A DNA stretch of 64,000 nucleotides from the human T2T-CHM13v2.0 reference genome, Homo sapiens. The stretch lies in the NCBI RefSeq assembly GCF_009914755.1, contig NC_060948.1; one strand, 5' to 3'. The translations under genes were made by a program, and so were the position numbers. Below are positions 56,820 through 64,000 of the stretch, one piece after another (position 1 is the stretch's first letter; each line of letters opens with the position of its first letter). The notes under the pieces were generated by a model. That model ran no database searches. It was not told where the DNA came from and saw only the letters and a list, made by a program, of their open reading frames with translations.

Positions 56820-59800
56820 AATGCACTCGAATGCAATGGAGTCGAAACTTATGGACTGGAATAGAATGGACTCGACTGGTACGGACTCCAATGGAATGGA
56901 ATCGAATGGAAGGGATTCGAACGGAATGGACTCGAAGGGAAAAGACTGCAATGGAAAGGTCTCGAATGGAATGGAAATTAATGGAATGGAATGGAATCGA
57001 ATGAAATGGAGTCAAAAGGAATGGAATCGAATGGCAAGAAATCGAATGTAATGGAATCGCAAGTAATTGCTGTGAACGGAACGGAATGGAATGGAATCCA
57101 AAGGAATGGAATAGAATGGAATGGAATCGAATGGAAAGGACTCGAATGGAAATCACTCGAATGGAATGAAATTTAATAAAATAGGATCAAATGTAATTGA
57201 ATGGAATGGAAAGGAATCGAAACGAAAGGAATGGAGACAGATGGAATGGAATGGAACAGAGAGCAATGGTATAGAATGGAATGGAATCATCTGGAATGGA
57301 ATTGAATGGAATGGAATAATATGAAATGGAATGGAATGGAATGGAATGGAATGCCCTTGAATTAAATGGACTGGAATGGAATGGACTCGAACAGAGTGGA
57401 ATGGAAAGTGTTGAGATAGAATGGAATGGACTCTTTTGGAATGGTCTAGTATGCAATGCAATCGACTGGCAGGGAATCAAAAGGAATGTAATCGAATGGA
57501 TTGGACTGGAATGCAATGGACTCGAATAGATTGGAAACGGAATGCAAAGGAATGGAATGGAATAGTATGGAATGGAATGGAAAGGAATGGAGTGGAATAG
57601 ACTAGAGTGGAATGGAATGGACTGGAAAGCAATGGACTGGAATGGAACTTTCTTGAATGGACTGGAATCAAACGGAATGGAATGCAATGCAATCAAATGG
57701 CATGGAATAAAATAGAATGAAAGAGAATCAAATGGAATTGAATCGAATGGAATCGAATGGATTGGAAAGGAATAGAATGGAATGGAATGGAATTGACTCA
57801 AATGGAATGGACTAGAATGGAATGGATTCGAATGGAAGGCAAAGGAATGGAATCTATTGGAATGGACAGTAATGGAATGGAATGGAAGGGATTGGAATGG
57901 ACTCGAATGGAATGGACTGCAATAGAAAGGATTCGAATGGAATGAAAAAGAATTGAATGGAATAGAACAGAATGGAATCAAATCGAATGAAATGGAATGG
58001 AATAGAAAGGAATGGAATGAAATGGAATGGAAAGGATTCGAATGGAATGCAATCGAATGGAATGGAATCGAACGGAATGGAATAAAATGGAAGAAAACTG
58101 GCAAGAAATGGAATCGAAATGAATGGAGTGTTATGGAACGGACTCAAAAGGAATTGAATGTAATAGAATGGAGTGGAGTGGACTCGAATATAATGAACTG
58201 GAATGGAATGAAATCACATGGAATGGGAACGAATGGAATGGAATGGAAAGGAATGGAATCGAATGGAAAGGAATCGAATGGAAGGGAATGAAATTGAATC
58301 AACAGGAATGGAAGGGAATAGAATAGACGGTAATGGAATGGACTCGAATAGAATGGACACGAATGCTGAAATTGAATGGACTCGAATGGAATGGAAACAA
58401 AAGGAATGTCATCGAATGGAATTGAATCGATTGGAATGAAATCGCATAGAATGGAGTGGAATCAAATGGAATTGAATCGAAAGGAAAGGAAGCGAATGGA
58501 CTGAAATGAAATGGAATGGAATTGAATGGAAAGTAATGCAATGGAATAGAATGGAACGAAATTTCACGGAATGGAATCAAACTGAATGGAATCAAATCAA
58601 TGGAATCAAATCAAATGGAATGGAAAGGAATTGAATGGAGTAGATTGGATTGGATGGGATTGGAATGAAATGTACTGGAAAGGACTCGAATTTCATGAAA
58701 CGGAATGGAATGAATTGGAACGGAATGGACTCGAATGGAATGGAATGTCATGGAATGGCATCAAATGGAATGGAATCGAATGCAATGGAATGCTATGGAA
58801 TGGAATGGAATGCATTGGAATGGAATGTCCTCTAATGGAATGGATTCGAGTGGAATGGAATCGAATATAATGGAGTCGAATGAAATGGAATTGAAAGGAA
58901 TGGGATCGAATACAATGGAATATACTGGAATGTAATGTAATGAACTCGAATGTAATTGACTGGAATGGAATGTACATGAATGGAATGTAATCGAATGGAA
59001 AGTAATCCAACGGAATAGAATCTAATGCAATAAAATCGACTCAGATAGAGTAGAATGTAATGGAATGGAGTGCAGTGCAATGGAATGGAATGCAATGGAA
59101 TGCAATGGAATGGAATGGAATGGAATGGGATGGAATGGTATGGAATGGATAGTAATGGACTGGAATGAAATGGACTGGAAAAGAATGGACTCAAATTGAA
59201 AGGGCTCGAAAGGAATGGAGTCAAATGGAATGGTCTGGAATGGAATGAACACGAATGTAATGCAATCCAATAGAATGGAATCGAATGGCATGGAATATAA
59301 AGAAATGGAATCAAAGAGAATGGAAACAAATGGAATGGAATTGAATGGAATGGAATTGAATGGAATGGGAACGAATGGAGTGAAATTGTATGCAGTAGAA
59401 GAGAATAGAATGGAATGCAAGCGAAAGGAAAGGAATGGATTGCAATGGAATGGAATTCATTGGAATGGAAGGGAATGTAGTGTAATGGACAGGCCTGGAA
59501 TAAAGTGGAATGCTACGGTCTCGAATGGAATAAAAATGTATGGAATGGAATGCAATGAAATGGAATCGAATGTCATAGAATGTAATGGAATGCAACAAAA
59601 TGGAATCCAATATCATTGACTGGAAAGGCTGGGTGTCGAAAGGAATTGACTCCAATGGAATGGAATCGAATGGAATGGAAGTGAATAGAATCGAACTAAA
59701 TCGAATGGAATGGAATTGATAGGAACGGAATGGAAAGGAATGCAATGATTTGGCATGGAATGGAATCGAATGGCATCGAATGGAATGGAATGGAATGCAA

Positions 59801-60348
59801 TGGAATGGAATGTATTAGAATGTAATGAACTTTAATGGAATGTACTCGAATGGATTCGACTGGAATGGAATGTTCTGGAAGTGAATGGACTCCAATGGAA
59901 TGGATTCAAAAGGAATGGAATCGTACGGAATGGAATCTAATGGAATGGAATTAAATGGAAATGAATCAAATTGAATAGCACGGAATTGAATTGAATGGAA
60001 TGGAATGCAATGGAATCTAATGAAACGGAAAGGAAAGGAATGGAATGGAATGGAATGGGCTGGAATGGAAAGGAATCGAAACGAATGGAATGGAATCGAA
60101 CTGAAGAGACTGGAATGGAATGCACTGGAATGGAAGGGAGTGTAATGGAAGGTTCTCGAAAAAAATGGAATCGAATGGAATGGAATTGAATGGAACGGAA
60201 TAGAGTCGAATGGAATTGAATGGAATGGAATGGACTAGAGTGAAATGGAATCGAACCACAAGGAATGGAGAGGAATAGAATGGTCTCGAATTGAATGGAA
60301 TCGTATGGAATGGCATCAAACGGAATGGAATGGACAGCTACGGAATGG
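56820..60348 (+). repeat. DYZ1 unit 17 (3529 bp)
   Basis: Landmark spacing. 15-bp deletion near 58760 and a short pure tract. Confidence 0.93.
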
Positions 60349-63300
60349 AATGCACTCGAATGCAATGGAGTCGAAACTAATGGACTGGAATAGAATGGAC
60401 TCGACTGGTACGGACTCCAATGGAATGGAATCGAATGGAAGGGAATCGAACGGAATGGACTCGAAGGGAAAAGACTGCAATGGAAAGGTCTCGAATGGAA
60501 TGGAAATTAATGGAATGGAATGGAATCGAATGAAATGGAGTCAAAAGGAATGGAATCGAATGGCAAGAAATCGAATGTAATGGAATCGCAAGGAATTGAT
60601 GTGAACGGAACGGAATGGAATGGAATCCAAAGGAATGGAATAGAATGGAATGGAATCGAATGGAAAGGACTCGAATGGAAATCACTCGAATAGAATGCAA
60701 TTTAATAAAATAGGATCAAATGTAATGGAATGGAATGGAAAGGAATCGAAACGAAAGGAATGGAGACAGATGGATTGGAATAGAACAGAGAGCAATGGTA
60801 TAGAATGGAATGGAATCATCTGGAATGGAATTGAATGGAATGGAATAATATGAAATGGAATGGAATGGAATGGAATGGAATGCCCTTGAATTAAATGGAC
60901 TGGAATGGAATGGACTCGAACAGAGTGGAATGGAAAGTGTTGAGATAGAATGGAATGGACTCCTTTGGAATGGTGTAGTATGCAATGCAATCGACTGGCA
61001 GGGAATCAAAAGGAATGTAATCGAATGGATTGGACTGGAATGCAATGGACTCGAATAGATTGCAAACGGGATGCAAAGGAATGGAATGGAATAGTATGGA
61101 ATGGAATGGAAAGGAATGGAGTGGAATAGACTAGAGTGGAATGGAATGGACTGGAAAGCAATGGACTGGAATGGAACTTTCTTGAATGGACTGGAATCAA
61201 ACGGAATGGAATGCAATGCAATCAAATGGCATGGAATAAAATAGAATGAAAGAGAATCAAATGGAATTGAATCGAATGGAATCGAATGGATTGGAAAGGA
61301 ATAGAATGGAATGGAATGGAATGGACTCAAATGGAATGGACTAGAATGGAATGGATTCGAATGGAAGGCAAAGGAATGGAATCTATTGGAATGGACTGTA
61401 ATGGAATGGAATGGAAGGGATTGGAATGGACTCAAATAGAATGGACTGCAATAGAAAGGATTCGAATGGAATGAAAAAGAATTGAATGGAATAGAACAGA
61501 ATGGAATCAAATCGAATGAAATGGAATGGAATAGAAAGGAATGGAATGAAATGGAATGGAAAGGATTCGAATGGAATGCAATCGAATGGAATGGAATCGA
61601 ACGGAATGGAATAAAATGGAAGAAAACTGGCAAGAAATGGAATCGAAATGAATGGAGTGTTATGGAACGGACTCAAAAGGAATTGAATGTAATAGAATGG
61701 AGTGGAGTGGACTCGAATATAATGGACTGGAATGGAATGAAATCACATGGAATGGGAACGAATGGAATGGAATGGAAAGGAATGGAATCGAATGGAAAGG
61801 AATCGAACGGAAGGGAATGAAATTGAATCAACAGGAATGGAAGGGAATAGAATAGACGGTAATGGAATGGACTCGAATAGAATGGACACGAATGCTCAAA
61901 TTGAATGGACTCGAATGGAATGGAAACGAAAGGAATGTCATCGAATGGAATTGAATCGATTGGAATGAAATCGCATAGAATGGAGTGGAATCAAATGGAA
62001 TTGAATCGAAAGGAAAGGAAGCGAATGGACTGAAATGAAATGGAATGGAATTGAATGGAAAGTAATGCAATGGAATAGAATGGAACGAAATTTCACGGAA
62101 TGGAATCAAACTGAATGGAATCAAATCAATGGAATCAAATCAAATGGAATGGAAAGGAATTGAATGGAGTAGATTGGATTGGATGGGATTGGAATGAAAT
62201 GTACTGGAAAGGACTCGAATTTCATGAAACGGAATGGAATGAATTGGAACGGAATGGACTCGAATGGAATGGAATGTCATGGAATGGCATCAAATGGAAT
62301 GGCATCAAATGGAATGGAATCGAATGCAATGGAATGCTATGGAATGGAATGGAATGCATTGGAATGGAATGTCCTCTAATGGAATGGATTCGAGTGGAAT
62401 GGAATCGAATATAATGGAGTCGAACGAAATGGAATTGAAAGGAATGGGATCGAATACAATGGAATATACTGGAATGTAATGTAATGAACTCGAATGTAAT
62501 TGACTGGAATGGAAGGTATATGAATGGAATGTAATCGAATGGAAAGTAATCCAATGGAATAGAATCTAATGCAATAAAATCGACTCAGATAGAGTAGCAT
62601 GTAATGGAATGGAGTGCAGTGCAATGGAATGGAATGGAATGGAATGCAATGGAATGGAATGGAATGGAATGGAATGGAATGGAATGGAATGGGATGGGAT
62701 GGAATGGTATGGAATGGATAGTAATGGACTGGAGTGAAATGGACTGGAAAGGAATGGACTCAAATTGAAAGGGCTCGAAAGGAATGGAGTCAAATGGAAT
62801 GGTCTGGAATGGAATGAACACGAATGTAATGCAATCCAATAGGATGGAATCGAATGGCATGGAATATAAAGAAATGGAATCGGAGAGAATGGAAACAAAT
62901 GGAATGGAATTGAATGGAATGGAATTGAATGGAATGGGAACGAATGGAGTGAAATTGTATGCAGTAGAAGGGAATAGAATGGAATGCAAGCAAAAGGAAA
63001 GGAATGGATTGGAATGGAATGGAATTCATTGGAATGGAAGGGAATGTAGTGTAATGGACAGGCCTGGAATAAAGTGCAATGCTACGGTCTCGAATGGAAT
63101 AAAAATGTATGGAATGGAATGCAATGAAATGGAATCGAATGTCATAGAATGTAATGGAATGCAACAAAATGGAATCCAATATCATTGACTGGAAAGGCTG
63201 GGTGTCGAAAGGAATTGACTCCAATGGAATGGAATCGAATGGAATGGAAGTGAATAGAATCGAACTAAATTGAATGGAATGGAATTGATAGGAACGGAAT

Positions 63301-63917
63301 GGAAAGGAATGCAATGATTTGGCATGGAATGGAATCGAATGGCATCGAATGGAATGGAATGGAATGCAATGGAATGGAATGTATTAGAATGGAATGAACT
63401 TTAATGGAATGTACTCGAATGGATTCGACTGGAATGGAATGTTCTGGAAGTGAATGGACTCCAATGGAATGGATTCAAAAGGAATGGAATCGTACGGAAT
63501 GGAATCTAATGGAATGGAATTAAATGGAAATGAATCAAATTGAATAGCACGGAATTGAATTGAATGGAATGGAATGCAATGGAATCTAATGAAACGGAAA
63601 GGAAAGGAATGGAATGGAATGGAATGGGCTGGAATGGAAAGGAATCGAAACGAATGGAATGGAATCGAACTGAAGAGACTGGAATGGAATGCACTGGAAT
63701 GGAAGGGAGTGTAATGGAAGGTTCTCGAAAAAAATGGAATCGAATGGAATGGAATTGAATGGAACGGAATAGAGTCGAATGGAATTGAATGGAATGGAAT
63801 GGACTAGAGTGAAATGGAATCGAACCACAAGGAATGGACAGGAATAGAATGGTCTCGAATTGAATGGAATCGTATGGAATGGCATCAAACGGAATGGAAT
63901 GGACAGCCACGGAATGG
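60349..63917 (+). repeat. DYZ1 unit 18 (3569 bp)
   Basis: Landmark spacing. Doubled GGGAT GGGAT at 62691-62700. Confidence 0.93.
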
Positions 63918-64000
63918 AATGCACTCGAATGCAATGGAGTCGAAACTAATGGACTGGAATAGAATGGACTCGACTGGTACGGACTCCAATGGAATGGAAT
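63918..64000 (+). repeat. DYZ1 unit 19, partial (the array continues beyond the window)
   Basis: The sequence repeats the first 83 bp of unit 1. Confidence 0.92.

Larger units (their letters stand above)
1..64000 (+). repeat. DYZ1: Human Satellite 3 (GGAAT)n array, DYZ1 family (Yq12 heterochromatin), ~3.55-kb unit, 18 full copies plus a partial copy, single orientation
   Basis: Seen: continuous diverged GGAAT pentamers (variants CGAAT, GGACT, GCAAT, TGAAT, AGAAT). The landmark AATGCACTCGAATGCAATGGAGTCGAAAC recurs at 1, 3555, 7098, 10662, 14221, 17774, 21317, 24865, 28374, 31943, 35472, 39045, 42599, 46158, 49717, 53261, 56820, 60349 and 63918. Known: DYZ1 is a ~3.56-kb HaeIII-defined TTCCA-based unit. 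The reverse complement from the GGCC site reads CCTGTCCATTACACTACATTCCCTTCCATTCCAATGAATTCC, matching my recollection of the start of the published DYZ1 unit. Confidence 0.96.

Noticed and set aside
2-63934. Hundreds of ORFs of 60-313 aa (MEWNG-rich on +, FHSIP-rich on -)
   Set aside because: These are the direct translations of (GGAAT)n and (ATTCC)n, which lack stop codons. They overlap in several frames, recur with the unit, are broken or fused by random SNPs and indels, and show no domain-like content.
1-64000. CRISPR array or other prokaryotic repeat-spacer system
   Set aside because: There are no constant repeats separated by unique spacers and no cas-like genes. The variation is substitution on a pentamer backbone, repeated every 3.55 kb.
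1-64000. HSat2, or autosomal HSat3 (e.g. chr9)
   Set aside because: The frequent AATCATC-type HSat2 motifs are essentially absent (one AATCATCT per unit). The ~3.56-kb period with the HaeIII/EcoRI landmark and the Y-primer matches point to DYZ1.
1-64000. Telomeric repeat, G-quadruplex array, alpha satellite or CENP-B boxes
   Set aside because: I saw no TTAGGG repeats, no clustered GGG runs and no 171-bp periodicity.
1-64000. Source of the reported Yq12 testis RNA trans-spliced to CDC2L2/CDK11A
   Set aside because: I recall the report but cannot locate the segment or splice sites from the sequence alone. Aligning that transcript's 5' UTR to the unit would be needed.

Overview
The whole window is non-coding human satellite DNA: a diverged (GGAAT)n / (ATTCC)n pentamer array of the Human Satellite 3 type. 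It is organised as 18 complete head-to-tail units of about 3.55 kb (3509-3573 bp) plus an 83-bp partial unit, all in one orientation. The unit length, the recurring HaeIII/StuI (AGGCCT) and EcoRI (GAATTC) sites about 40 bp apart in each unit, and exact matches to the classical Y-sexing primer sequences (recalled from memory) identify it as DYZ1, the major Yq12 heterochromatin repeat. I found no credible genes, RNA genes, transposons, CRISPR arrays or DYZ2 (Alu-containing AT-rich) units. Every ORF in the track is an artefact of translating a pentamer. I see no new gene-encoded biological system. What is worth a second look is the evolutionary architecture of the array: a nearly homogeneous 4-unit block, a recent 3548-bp tandem duplication, an incipient 7103-bp two-unit higher-order repeat, mosaic units, shared indels in non-adjacent units, conserved pentamer phase breaks, slippage hotspots and a private HaeIII/HpaII site. 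All comparisons were made by eye and from ORF-track offsets, not from a computed alignment.
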